A stretch of 63,806 nt of DNA, the filler included, from Octopus bimaculoides (lineage: Eukaryota): assembly GCF_001194135.2 (NCBI RefSeq). It is 8 parts of 8 records of this genome, joined end to end, with 100 filler letters (N's around TTAATTAATTAA, not from the genome) between each part and the next. Parts side by side here need not be neighbours in the genome. Positions count along the whole stretch, not along the records: positions 10,944 to 35,029 come from NC_068982.1; positions 35,130 to 42,491 come from NC_068999.1; 6 more parts are not named here. One strand, 5' to 3'. The notes below the pieces were generated by a model. It saw nothing but the letters and a program-made list of their open reading frames with translations, was not told the DNA's origin and did no database searches. Position 1 is the first letter of the stretch. The number at the start of each line of letters is the position of its first letter. The translations under genes were made by a program, and so were the position numbers. This document shows, piece after piece, positions 24,864 through 37,982 of this stretch.

Positions 24864-25399
24864 ATTTTACACTTTACCTCCATCTTCTGTCTTTCCTTTC
24901 CTCTCTCTCTTTCTCTCCTCTCTCTTTTCTCTCCTCTCTCTTTTCTCCTCTGTCTCCCCCTCTCTCTCTTACCTACTGTCTTTCTCTCTCTATCTCTCTG
25001 TCATATTCTGTTTATTCTTCTCTTATCCACTTTACTCCTATCGTGAGTCTATCTAAACACGCATACGCACAATATACCAACCCTTACGTATAAAAATAAA
25101 CTCATACATTTACACATAAATCGAAAACACACACACACACACGTACGTACGTACATAGACACTGAGAGAGACACATCAAGCCAGCAACTTTCCCCTCCTA
25201 CACACGTCCTCTGCACAACACTAGATCTCTTCATACTCTTCCTGCCGCTCAATCCTGGCTCTGTTCTGTTATTCAATACGGTATATGAAGAGAGCCTATA
25301 AAGAAAGATATGACTATAGAAAAAGAACTGGAGAAAGTCAGCTGAATTAATAATAAAGATTTCTTTAACAGAATGAAATTGAAAAATTGATTCTCATTT

Positions 25400-25699
25400 A
25401 TAAATTTCGACTCTTACGAATTGACATGCACAGACTTGTAGCTGCATGTATGCATATGCATATGCATACATGCGCCACACACACGTGATGCATGTAGCTG
25501 CAGGTATGTACAATTACTAAAGTCACATACACAGCCACACATGTAAGCGTATACGGTTGCGTGTATGCACTTACATACACTCGACGATATATGCAAATAT
25601 ATAGTGCCTCATGCATGCACATACATGCAGATGCATATGCAGATATTCAAGTAGAAAAGCAAGTGGACGCATGCACCCGAATATGCAAATACAGATGCA

Positions 25700-25750
<51 letters not shown>

Positions 25751-26019
25751 ACATATAGACACATACACTTACACAGAATCACTCAGATACAAGGACACGG
25801 AAGCAGACACAAACATATACAGACTCACACAGATACATATAAACATGCATACATAGATAAGCAAACAGGAACGCATACACATGCACACATACACTCCCAC
25901 GCACACACAGATTCATGTATACGCACATTCATAAAGACTCACACATAAGGAAAAAGTACATTCACATACGTAACGATACAGTCATAAGATACAAACAGAC
26001 ACGTATACACACAGACACA

Positions 26020-26055
<36 letters not shown>

Positions 26056-26168
26056 CACACACACACATAAACATGTGCATACATATATGCGTAAACAGAT
26101 GTATAGACATAAGCATCCGCCCACACATTTTCTAATTATGTTACAGACCTATCTAAACACGCCTGCGC

Positions 26169-26207
<39 letters not shown>

Positions 26208-26342
26208 CGCTCGCGCGCGTACACGTTTATACACATCTGAATACATGAAGGTTTAAATATGCTTTAGCAAAACTAATCCATTCATGCATTTTGCATTCAA
26301 TCAGTATATAATGTGAACATACATACGAATATGCAGACGCTT

Positions 26343-26395
<53 letters not shown>

Positions 26396-26600
26396 ACACA
26401 CACACACAAAGCACGTGAGCGTGGACGCACACACAAATAGATTGCATAGCTATATAGATATACATGTACATCATACATACACAGATACAAAAATAACCCT
26501 ACATTCATGCTCGCATGCATGTCATATATATATATATATACATATACATATCCTACACAAACACTCATATACACGCACACTATAAATACATAGGTCATTG
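25400..26600. repeat. Extended degenerate (CA)/(CATA)/(TGCA) low-complexity region
   Basis: Direct reading. Confidence 0.85.
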
Positions 26601-26699
26601 TCATCATCATCGTCATAGAATCTTCATCGAAAGTCGACGATGACTGTAAATTCACAAATTGTAATATGGAAGAAAAATGATCTCCCCCTCCTCGTTTGT

Positions 26700-27950
26700 T
26701 TCCTGAGCTGCGATCACAAACGTTTCAGCTTTCCATCTTACACCTAACCACACTCTTGTATCTCAGTCAGAATCTTGCCTAAGTTTTCATACATCTACTC
26801 TATTGTGAAGAAGTGCATTCGTTTTGGTAATCGCTTTCCCTCAACGATTATTTCAACATGCTCAGGTTAGCGGAGTTTTCCCTGCATTAATAACTTTTCC
26901 ATGCCAGAGAATTTGCTTGACTCTAAAGTAGAGGTGTTTCTGATCTGCTTCCAAATAATGTTAATGATCTGCCACAATTTTCTCATCAGTGCATACAGGA
27001 ACTTCCTTTATCTGTTGAACATCTATGCCTCAGAAACGTACAAGAGTGTGGATAATGCTATTGTATGCAATAATGCTCTCCCCTTGGACTATCACGTGTT
27101 TGTTGTTCCACAGCAGCTCTTGCATATTTCCGAATACTGAGCTACTTTGTGCATCCTGTAATCTGGTTTGTTATTGACCTTACAATTATTATTGACAGCA
27201 TAGTAAAGTGGATTGCTCTTGTCTGCTTGTACATTATGTTAATGATAAGACTCAGGTAGTTCCCGTCAGCTCGTGTCAGGATTGGCTGATAGAATTTTTC
27301 ATTCTTTCTGATGCTAATTAAAGCAAATTGTGTGATATTGTCATCAAATGCATCTACCAAGTTTTATATCTCTTCTGCACAATGCAGGACAAGGACAATC
27401 ATCAGCAAATATCATCTCTCTCCCTAGCATATGTGTAGCCTTGATCTTAGCTAAAGCAAAGACTAAGGCCATACCAACAAGGTAATAGCGGGTATTCTAT
27501 GTATTTATGAAACTTCAACCGATAATAAGAGTGAAAACAGTGTTGGAGCGAGCACGCAGTATTGTTCAATTCCTGGTGTAGCATCAGACTGTGTAAAGCT
27601 AGAGTTCATTTCATAGCCCAAGTCTTCATGTTAGTGTTCAGACATTCTGTCATATGAGTGAACTTTTCCAGACATCCTACATTCTGAGTATCGCACATAA
27701 GCCTGACGGGTTTGCTGTATCAAATACTTTCATGAAGTCATTTGCATGCAAGACGACTGTCCAATCATGTTTGAGGAAGACTATCGCTCGCTGACTGAAA
27801 TCAGCAATGTTTGTGCGGAAACTTAGATCCTATAAAATGTGTACAACACCTCATAGATTGTTTCCATTCTATTGGCATGACCAAGAGATAATTCAGGGCA
27901 AGATATCTGGTTTCAATATAGTTTGCTGACTCAAGATTGTTGGAGCATCA
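26700..27950 (-). mobile_element. RTE-clade LINE, highly decayed RT and post-RT region
   Basis: Minus-strand motifs in the expected order across frameshifts: DFMKVFDT (DLTKAFD), GIEQYCVLAPTLFS (GVKQGCVLAP.LF), REMIFADD, DAFDDNITQFALIS, LSTLLYVSEA*, LR*PEHV...KRLPK. Confidence 0.85.
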
Positions 27951-28420
27951 TCATCTTTAGTATAGAGTGAAGGCCTATAAAATGGCCAAATCCATCCCCT
28001 GCACATACACGCGGACATAGATATATGCACACCTGTACACATGATTACGCCGGTACGTACATGCCGACATACGACTATGCTTATGCTATGAAATAGGTTT
28101 TCTGTTAGTAAAGTGATACCTGACGACCTATTCTGATTAAGAATGTAAACGCACCTCAGGCATCCAATGCTGGTTCCTAAGGAACAACAAAGGAGAAACG
28201 TACACAGGAACTAATAATATGCATAAATACACCAGCTGACCGCACAAACACAAATCTAATACACATACAGACACAACAGATACACAAACACATACACACC
28301 ACACATATATACACTTCTGTACATGGACATATACAGAACCAGATTAAATCCAACTACGAATGTAAGGAAAGCCCAAGAATAGTGCCATCCTCCACTCTTC
28401 GTTTCTGTAACTGATAAAAT

Positions 28421-28466
28421 ACCGGTTTCTAATTTCAGCACAAGGCCAGCAATTTCGGGGAGCGGA
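28421..28466 (-). mobile_element. SINE family A, 3' tip
   Basis: ggtttctaatttcagcacaaggccagcaatttcgggg. Confidence 0.65.
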
Positions 28467-29756
28467 CAAAATCTCTATGGAGCCCTCTTCCGTGGTTCCT
28501 TAAAGACGTGCTTGCATTACTAAATGGTTAATCCAGATCTGTGCATATCTATTAAAAGCAATAATACTCGATATGACGCACATACACAAAACACACATAT
28601 TCATATCTTATTTCGTAACATAAACACAGGCTCATTTACTCTCAACCTTTGCACGTCAATAGATAAACAAAAAAGGCATAGACATGCTTATAAAAATGTT
28701 TTTACATTGTAATTATTTCTTGTGAATTACAGACGTGTATACAACACATATCTCTAACACATAAAGCATACAGAAGCATATGAAATGTAAGAGAACGCAT
28801 ATATATACGCATTTACTATTAATCCAGCCACTCACTCCTTGTTACCTATTCATACACATACACACGCATTTATACATACACAGAGACACATACACATACA
28901 TATACACACATACATGAATGTAATCTCTATACATCTCTTGAAATATGTGAAATAGAATAATGACAGCAGATATGCATATATGCACAGATTTATACAACGC
29001 TTGTGTATAAAAATACATAATTGCATGATAATGCATACGTACATGCTTATATACTCATTTTTACCCTTTTGCCATACACACATGCTCACGCGCACGCACA
29101 CACACATACACACACACAGACAACATTGCAACAGTGACCTTTATAATGTTGCTGCAACATTTCAATTGCATTTGAAATTTAAAATGTTAATGCATTTTTA
29201 TTTGTTTCTTTTTGTGTTCGTGTTATTTTTTCCTTCTCTTTTGTCTTCTGAATCTCTTGAATTTTTGCATTGAGAACTAAAGAATTTCCTTTAAAGATTT
29301 CTCGAGGACTGTGTATGCTTGTAAATGTGTATATGTATGCATGTAGGCATGTATATATATATATACATATATATATATGCGCGTGTGTATGTGTAAATAT
29401 ATGTGACAAAATACATATTGATATCACTACTTCTTTATTGGCGGTCCAGCTGTGAACAACAACTGCATGTTTAACCTATTTTTTCCCAAAAGAAAAAAAA
29501 AAAAAATAATAATTCCACCTGAAACCCTCTCTTTGTCCTGTGATACAAAACCGTCCGTTTTTAAAATGTTCAGAACTTGATACACAATTTCCTTTTGTTA
29601 AACGATGATCCAGTTTAGAAGAGAAGTTATTTAATTCTCTAAATCACTAAACTGTTCTAAATTTTGGATTATTTTCAAATATGACACAACAGTTAACTTC
29701 CCGTGAACGTAAATCTTTCAACACATTCATTTCTTACTACGATTATACATCTGATT

Positions 29757-29946
29757 CGGGTAAAATTCTTAGCGGCATTTCTTCTGAACTCTTTACGTGC
29801 TAAGCTCAAATCCCGCAGAGGTCAATTTTGCCTTTTATTCTTTCAGGGTCAATAAAATAAAGTACCAGTTACGCACTGAGGTCTATGTAATCGACTAACC
29901 CCGACCCACAAAATTTCATGTCTTTTACTTATAATAGAAAGATTAT
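29757..29946 (+). mobile_element. SINE family A, 5'-truncated, decayed
   Basis: ttagcggcattt...agctcaaatcccgcagaggtc...aagtaccagtt...taatcgac...aaaatttcatg...tagaaagattat. Confidence 0.85.
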
Positions 29947-30503
29947 CCGTCTGACTGAGGAGTTGCGCAATTGGTTGCGATGTCATTTGCAAAGTCAATG
30001 GTTTGTACCACGTCACTAAGTTCGATGTCTCTAGTAAAGACATTTAGCATTCATTGGCTATATCAATCTAGTTATGATACCTACTGTGCGGGAGTTTACA
30101 CCGAATGTGATAAATATATGTAGTGGTTCCGCCGTGAATCTGATTAATGTTCTTTTCATAGAAAACTGGCAATTAACTGACAAATTTACCAGTAATTATT
30201 CCACGATTAACTAGCAATTAATATACTGATAATGTGGTCTGGTATTTGAGATATCAGTTGAAATGTGACGGTGAAAACATGCCACGTGCTTCTGTGAATT
30301 TGTAATCGAAATGAACAATGAATGTTGGGAGAAATAGTGAGGTTAAAACACGGTCGTGGACAAGACAACAATGAAATGTGATGAATAGCAATATGTCATA
30401 TGACTGAACCATCTAACAACGTCAGCATGGAACATGAATATTGTCAGGACGTTAATGACGACGATGATGTTAATGGTATATTTATATCAGTAAAGTGAAT
30501 ATA

Positions 30504-30833
30504 GGTGGAGGCGCAATGGCCCAGTAGTTAGGGCAGTGGAGGCGCAATGGCCCAGTAGTTAGGGCAGCGGACTCGCGGTCGGAGGATCGCGGTTTCGATT
30601 CCCAAACCGGGCGTTGTGTGTGTTTATTGAGCGAAAACACCTAAAGCTCCACGAGGCTCCGGCAGGAGGTGGTGGCGACCCCATGTTGTACTCTTTCGCC
30701 CCAACTTTCTCTCCCTTTTTCTTCCTGTTTCTTGAATAACGCTGAGTCCAGCTGGGGGGAACACATACGCCATAGAAACCGGAAAACCTGGCCCATGAGC
30801 CTGGCTAGGCTTGAGAAGGGCGCATAAAAAAAA
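30504..30833 (+). mobile_element. SINE family C, full length with tandemly duplicated 31-bp head
   Basis: gtggaggcgcaatggcccagtagttagggca twice (30505-30535, 30536-30566); A-rich tail; TSD taaa(g/a)tgaatat at 30491-30502 and 30834-30845. Confidence 0.93.
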
Positions 30834-31164
30834 TAAAATGAATATGAGTCAATAAACCAACGATGGAGCCTCTACCTGACCTCTTTGCAGGCTAAAAGTA
30901 GCAGCCAAATTTGCCTCAGATCACATCGTACCGTTGAAAAGAAAAAAACAACTAAAACAAAAGACAAAAGAGGATAATAACGGATAGAGTATATATGAGT
31001 TTACGTCTGCACAATCAGGTTAAGCTTGGGTAAAACGTCAAATCCACCAACACCAATAGACATGGATTAAGTAATAATATTCATAACTGAAATTGACTCA
31101 GGTTCAGTAGGCAAAGGTAATGAATTGGAAGTCATCTGAATGAGAGATAAAATGCACTGAGTTC

Positions 31165-31240
31165 AAATCCTACTGTAATCATCTTGGCTTTCCATCTTTC
31201 CGGAGTCAACGCATAAAGTGCGAGTCAAGTACTTGAAGCA
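31165..31240 (+). mobile_element. Old SINE-A-like fragment
   Basis: ctgagttcaaatcc...ggctttccatctttccggagtcaac. Confidence 0.5.
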
Positions 31241-31540
31241 GATGCTTCGTTTCTTCTCGCTCTGTTTGTCTCTCTGAATCAGCTGTGAGCTTGTAGAATT
31301 GTGATGTCTAACTTATTTATACATCAAATCTTGTCTTTAGCATACTGAGCCTTTGGAATTCAAAGACGTAGACACCAAAAGATCTGGCAATTGTTTTAGA
31401 TGTCCTGCCAATAGTGTGAATCTACAATACTCTGAGTGAGAACAGATATTTGTTACTGTTTCAGTTGAGGGTCTCTTATTTCAGAGAAGCTTAACACTGT
31501 GTGTTTAAGTAATGAGTGATGTATAAAATGAAATTACAGA

Positions 31541-31746
31541 TAGGCGTAGGAGTGGCTGCGTGGTAAGTAGCTTGCTTACAAACCACATGGTTCCGGGTTC
31601 AGTCCCACTGCGTGGCACCTTGGGCAAGTGTCTTCTATTATAGCCTCGGGCCGACCAAAGCCTTGTGAGTGGATTTGGTAGACGGAAACTGAAAGTTGTA
31701 TGTATGTATATATATATGTATGTCTGTGTGTATGTGTGTGTGTGTA

Positions 31747-31778
<32 letters not shown>

Positions 31779-31865
31779 TGTGTGTGTGTGTGTATATGTT
31801 TGTGTCTGTGTGTTTGTACCCCCAACATCGCTTGACAACTGATGCTGGTGTGTTTACATCCCCGT
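31541..31865 (+). mobile_element. SINE family B, young copy running into N-gap
   Basis: taggcgtaggagtggctgcgtggtaag (A-box-like), gggttcagtccc (B-box-like), internal (TA/TG)n, ccccaacatcgcttgacaac. Confidence 0.95.
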
Positions 31866-33240
31866 NNNNNNNNNNNNNNNNNNNNNNNNNNNNNNNNNNN
31901 NNNNNNNNNNNNNNNNNNNNNNNNNNNNNNNNNNNNNNNNNNNNNNNNNNNNNNNNNNNNNNNNNNNNNNNNNNNNNNNNNNNNNNNNNNNNNNNNNNNN
32001 NNNNNNNNNNNNNNNNNNNNNNNNNNNNNNNNNNNNNNNNNNNNNNNNNNNNNNNNNNNNNNNNNNNNNNNNNNNNNNNNNNNNNNNNNNNNNNNNNNNN
32101 NNNNNNNNNNNNNNNNNNNNNNNNNNNNNNNNNNNNNNNNNNNNNNNNNNNNNNNNNNNNNNNNNNNNNNNNNNNNNNNNNNNNNNNNNNNNNNNNNNNN
32201 NNNNNNNNNNNNNNNNNNNNNNNNNNNNNNNNNNNNNNNNNNNNNNNNNNNNNNNNNNNNNNNNNNNNNNNNNNNNNNNNNNNNNNNNNNNNNNNNNNNN
32301 NNNNNNNNNNNNNNNNNNNNNNNNNNNNNNNNNNNNNNNNNNNNNNNNNNNNNNNNNNNNNNNNNNNNNGGGGTGGGGTGGGGTGAAGTGATTAAAAAAA
32401 AATCAATAATTTATCTCTTCAAATTAATTTGCATGATTAGGCAAAGTGAAAACCTAATTTTGTTTGCAAGTATGTAGACATTTCTGTCTATGAAACTTCA
32501 TTAGTTAATATAGTCTTCGAAAGCTTGTTTGATGAGATGAGAAAGATTTTTCGAAATAGCTAACGAATTACAATTAATTTTTTTTAGTCATTATCATTTG
32601 TCCTGAGACTACATGTCCATTGTTGTCCCCTGCTTACAAACAATAATTAGTCTATCTTTGCTCTAATCATATGACTTTTAGAGATTCATTCTTAATTTCT
32701 TGAATTTATATCCTCTTTTCCCCATGAGTCACTCACTAATAATTACAACAGTTTTTTTCATTACTTTCTCCAGCTGAGAAATTTCAATTAAGATTTATGT
32801 TTATTTGTGTTAAATACATTTTTACCCCGGAACTAACATATCTAAATTCATAACATTGCTTCATTTGAATTATTTTTCCTAACTCGTTTATGCAAATCGT
32901 ACTAGTTAGAAGTCATTTGTAATATTTTTCTCTCTTTTTATGTGCAAAAAAGTCTTTGTTAACAAATCAAACAGACTTGAATTGACTATACTGTGCTAGT
33001 AAGGTTTGATAGAGTGAAACATGTCCTTCATTGTACCTTGCCTATAAATAAAGGTCAGACAAAGGTAGGATAAATAAACTCAGAGAGATTAATTCTTAAA
33101 TTTTCGAAATTAACCTTGAGGGTCTGTAACAATAATTTAATTTTTGCTTACTTTCTTCAGATAGAAAAAAAAATCAATTAAGAATATTTTCCATACTCTA
33201 CACAGAACATCACCCTTAAAATAAAATTTCAGCATAATCA

Positions 33241-33335
33241 TAAGGTCGTTGATTCAATCTCTAGCCAGGTCAGCGCGTTGTGTCCTTAAACGTAGTATTT
33301 CATTTTACATTGCTTTTGTCCTCTTAGCTGTAATG
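33241..33335 (+). mobile_element. Decayed SINE head/central domain (family D-like)
   Basis: gattcaatc...gcgttgtgtccttaaac...cattttacattgct...tcttagctgtaatg resembles the widespread gttgtgtccttgggcaagacactt...cactcagctg SINE central domain. Confidence 0.45.
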
Positions 33336-34094
33336 TCTATCATACGCGTGCTAGTGTAGTCATAGCCTTCTCTCACTTCAGTTATCACACCCTCCGATGT
33401 TCAAGACTGGGTCAAGAGAGAGAGTGAGAGTGCCAGAGTCGGGTATTTATGCTTGCTTGTGACAAGTAAGACATTGTACACGTCACGAAACCATATTCGT
33501 TCACCAGTGACGACGGCTTGCTATTCTCTACTATTATGCCTGAATAAAGATAGAGATGACTATCGCTGGAACGCCTTTAAATCATGTCTACTCGATGAAG
33601 GATCACTTGGAAATAAAAACAACAACAAAAAATACCCATTACCCTCTCCGCTCGCCCAAACAACCTCCATCACTGCCACCACCACTACCATCACCACTAA
33701 TACCACCACCACATCAACAACATAAACAAAAATGAAAACAGCTATTCATTAAGTTGTGTCTGTTATAAGTAATAAAGTATTAAGTCCAACAGCTTGACTC
33801 TATTACTCTGAATATTCAGGTCAGCTATAAATTACTGATTTGTGTCAATACAAATCCAAGGCAAGTATGAACATGCTTCACATTTGTCATTAATAATTTC
33901 ACTACATAAAAGATCAGCTTCCATTTGTGCTGACAGGAAATAAATAAACCTGCAGATAAATATTCACTAGATAAATTATATTGCCTGCCTGGCTTTTATC
34001 TCTGTGTTTGTTAGCCTGCTCCTTTGTGTGTATAACACACACACACACACACCTGCAATAGTCATCTATTTCCTTTTATCCCTGTTTCTTCACA

Positions 34095-34097
34095 CCT

Positions 34098-34180
<83 letters not shown>

Positions 34181-34395
34181 GTCTTTCTATCTGTCTGTCA
34201 AGTTATTTACCTATCATTTACCTACTTTCTTTCTCCTCTGTGTCTCCTGTCACTTGGATGCGTATACATACATATTTACATACATACATACATACATACA
34301 TAAGTACGTACCTCCATCCACCCATCCATCCATCCATCCATCCATCCATCCATCCATCCATCCATCCATACATACATACATACATACATACATAC
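34095..34395. repeat. (TCTA)n, (CATA)n and (CCAT)n microsatellites
   Basis: Direct reading. Confidence 0.93.
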
Positions 34396-34670
34396 TTAAA
34401 TGTCAGCCTGTGTAAGCTTGGATTTTCAGAAAAAGAAATCAACCACTGACTCGCACATTACGAATACAATCTGTAAGCAGAACAGTAAAACGATGCAAAA
34501 TTTTTCTCAGGTCTAAAATGTAACATTCTTTTCATTACCTACATTCCAACGAGAAAGGAGCTAGTTTCTTTGTTAGAAACCAGTTCCTTATTCAAAGGGA
34601 GAAATGCTAATAGGAAAAAAACAGAAAGGAAAATACAGAGGTACATACATATGTATGTATGTGTATGTGT

Positions 34671-34738
34671 GTAGCTGTGTTGCAAGAAGTTTGTATCCCG
34701 GGTTCAGTCTCACTGAAAGAAGCTCGTCGTGTATATAC
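34671..34738 (+). mobile_element. SINE family B, internally deleted head
   Basis: ccgggttcagtctcactg fused directly to aaagaagctcgtcgt. Confidence 0.7.
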
Positions 34739-34872
34739 GCACATGCATGCATATATATGTATATATATAGATATGCAGGGCAGGGAATCGTCAATTAGTA
34801 ATAAAATTAATAATTAACAATTTTGCCGGGTAGCTCAGTATGAAAAAACCTTTTCGGTAAAAAACATTTATA

Positions 34873-35029
34873 ATCATAAATATATAGGGATTGACAGTAA
34901 CCTACTTCTCCAACATACTGAGAATTCAGAAATAGCAGTCAAAGAACTACTGATTTCAAAACTACAAATTATTACTCCAGATTGATAGCGATATTTTTGA
35001 TACACACAGAACAAAAAACAGTAGAGAAG
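34873..35029 (-). mobile_element. Repeat copy (putative PLE pseudo-LTR), 151/157 identical to 56484-56640
   Basis: Direct alignment within the window; truncated by the contig join at 35030. Confidence 0.8.
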
Positions 35030-35129
35030 NNNNNNNNNNNNNNNNNNNNNNNNNNNNNNNNNNNNNNNNNNNNTTAATTAATTAANNNNNNNNNNNNNNN
35101 NNNNNNNNNNNNNNNNNNNNNNNNNNNNN

Positions 35130-35171
<42 letters not shown>

Positions 35172-35490
35172 GTAGAATTATAAACCAAATTTGAACAATC
35201 AAATGATTTAATGATAAATTCAATTTTATTAATTTACACAAACAAATGATGCACACACACACTTGCACATATATGAATATATGTGGGATTTAAATGTCCA
35301 TTTAAATGTGTGCATAAAGAATATCGATAAAGACTTTAGACTAATTTAATTCAATGTATATGCTGTGTTTATATATATTTAAGATCGAGACTATATTTTC
35401 TGCTTCTTTCCTAATATACACTAATTACACACTATATTTACTTTTTATTTGTTATCATTTTCTACTATGCATTATTATTGTTTGCTTTCC

Positions 35491-35690
35491 TCATTAGACT
35501 GACGCCATGCTTGTGCAAGATATTGCACAGTTATTTTAGTCGACCAAATACGCTACGGACCCATAATGTTATGCCAGATGTGTATGATGACGGAATTTTA
35601 AAACTTCTTTTTTGCTGAACCGCCATGTTACGGGGTCATAAACACAACAAAACTGTTTGTAAGGCAGTGGTGAGATAGAGGAAATCACAA
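35491..35690 (-). mobile_element. SINE family B, decayed 3' half
   Basis: cattagactgacgccatgct...tagtcgaccaaat...ttttgctgaaccgccatgttacgggg. Confidence 0.7.
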
Positions 35691-35883
35691 CCGAACACAG
35701 GCTCACTCATACAAATAAGCATACACAAACACGCACACATACGCACACACACACGAGTAGGTACCCAAAAGTAAATGGAAACGTTCTGCGTGCGACAAGC
35801 CAGTTGTAGTCCAGGCTTCCGCTATTGGATGTTAATTTTTGCGACCCATAGTAATCAATCTGTCATGAATTTGTCATAATATA

Positions 35884-36254
35884 GAGGGTGATTCAAAAGT
35901 CTCCATACATAGGAATTTTTTAATTTTTTATAAGGAACAATTTATAAAATCCCCTAGATCCCCTGAGCTGACCCCTCTTGATTTCTATATTTGGGGACAT
36001 TTGAAAGACATGGTGTATCGCTGAAAGATAAAAGACATGAACCATTTGAAGGAACGCATCACCGACTCATTTGCACAAGTATCACCTGAAGTGCTATCAA
36101 GAGTTCACAATGAGTGGGGCAAACGCATTGCAATGTGTATTGAAAACAATGGTAATCATTTTGAGCTTGTGCAATTAAAAAAAAATGTTCTTATATAAAG
36201 GTTCTTATAAAAAGATAAAATGTTCCTAAGTATGGCGGATTTTGAATCACCTTG
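35884..36254 (+). mobile_element. Internally deleted Tc1/mariner element (371 bp) retaining the transposase C-terminus
   Basis: TA TSD both sides; TIRs gagggtgattcaaaagtctccatacataggaa / ttcctaagtatggcggattttgaatcaccttg; translation PRSPELTPLDFYIWGHLKDMVYR*KIKDMNHLKERI...CIENNGNHFE ((W)PPRSPDL motif). Confidence 0.92.
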
Positions 36255-37791
36255 TATGCTATAACCTAGCTTGGGTAAATGAACTATTGATGGAATATTT
36301 GACAGCACCACTGTTGTTATTGGAAACAACGTCACGTAGGAATGGGACCATTAATTTACCAACCGAATTGTAAAACGAATGTTTCAAGGACTGAACTACA
36401 CGCAGCGACCTTATGTTACATACGATAATAGTAAGCTTCTTACGTACTATTACTAACTTATAAATACGTTTAATATTCTTTGTAGTATATTATGGTTGGA
36501 AAACGAAACATCGTGTCCCTACAAACCATTAATCTCGGGTTATAATGCAGAGGAAGAGAGTTGATAGTTCTAAGTAATATACCCAACCGACTGATGTAAT
36601 AATGACAAACCGCATACGGACACATGAAACTTTAATGCTCAATCATCGATGCTACTGTAACCAACAAAAACTGGGAAAACATTTATAGTTGAAACACAGT
36701 TTTGTGGATGTAAATAGAACAGGTTAGATAATTTTAATCCATATCCATTTTTTACATGTGATATGTCCGATTTAAGCGTGCGTAATGTTTTTCTACACAG
36801 TTGTCTATGATCATAAATATTAAATGAACACATATAATAATGATCATGAAATAAAAAATAATTCAGTCATCAGATAGATATTTTAGCATACCAATATATA
36901 GGTTTGCAATTCCAGCTGATTGCATGATAAACATATTTAGAATTATATACAAAAAAATCAAAACAAAATTTTACACGGCAGACCATACATTAAACATCCT
37001 AAACAATTACGTCCATATTGCGACAAGATCACTTTCTTTCAAAATTACAATTGCACACACACGCACACACACACATACTCATAAAAGCATGCATGCAGAC
37101 ATACGCGCTCATAAAAAATAACATGAAACAAATGCACACACAACCCACTCACACGCATATGCATACAAGTGCACACGTACATATGAGATGTTTGACACAG
37201 CAGAGTGCGAGGGTATTTGAAAGTGTGTCTTTGTGCATAGAACATAGACACAGGCACGTTATCATCTTACTATGCCTCCATTGTATAAATGTTTATGTTC
37301 TAATTTATCTTCATAAAAACTGACTTTGTATAAATGGCACAAATTCATGAAGTGATCAGTCAAGTGTAAAACAGGCATTATATTTTTACTTTCACGCTTG
37401 AGAAGCAGAACTAAGTGACTGAGTGCTAGTTAATTTATCATGACACACAGATTAAAAGACAGTAACTCTATTGTCAGAGTTATTGATTTCTAAAAATAGA
37501 TAAAATCTTCGAACAGAAAAAAATGTAAACAGTGGCATAGAGTTCAGTGGTGTCTTGCATAAACTTATCATTGTAAATGGTTTACGATATAAACATTGTT
37601 CCCTTCAAAATTAAAAGAGATGCTTTGATAATTCTGCAACTGAAATGGATTCTATTGTATTACACGCAACGACGTTAGAGTATTTTGGAAAATGCGTTCT
37701 TCAAACGTATAAAACAATTACATATTTGGAAATGAATATCCTAATATTGATATGAAACGCAAAAAAGGCAGTAACGTCACAGTATCGTCAG

Positions 37792-37982
37792 AGCACCGTA
37801 AAAAGTGTTTAGTGCTATTTCGTTCCGCTTTATGTTGTGAGTTAAAATTCCGCCCAGGTCGACTTTGCCTTGTATTGTTCGGCATCAATTAAGCAAGTAC
37901 GAGTTGAGTCTTGGGGGTCGATGCTGTAGAATTAACCGCTCCCTTGAAATTGCTGGCTTTGTGCCAAACTTCTAAACCAATA
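37792..37982 (+). mobile_element. SINE family A, decayed
   Basis: gagttaaaattccgcccaggtcgactttgcc...ggggtcgatg...aaattgctggctttgtgccaaac. Confidence 0.85.

Noticed and set aside
32522-32568. uugu-UUGAUGA(gauga)-gaaagauuuuuc-GAAA-uagcua-acga
   Set aside because: It needs a duplication removed plus helix III repairs; too many edits to distinguish from chance in AT-rich DNA.
35752-35790. acgagtaggtacccaaaagtaaatggaa resembling a mariner left end
   Set aside because: No matching right end found; too short.
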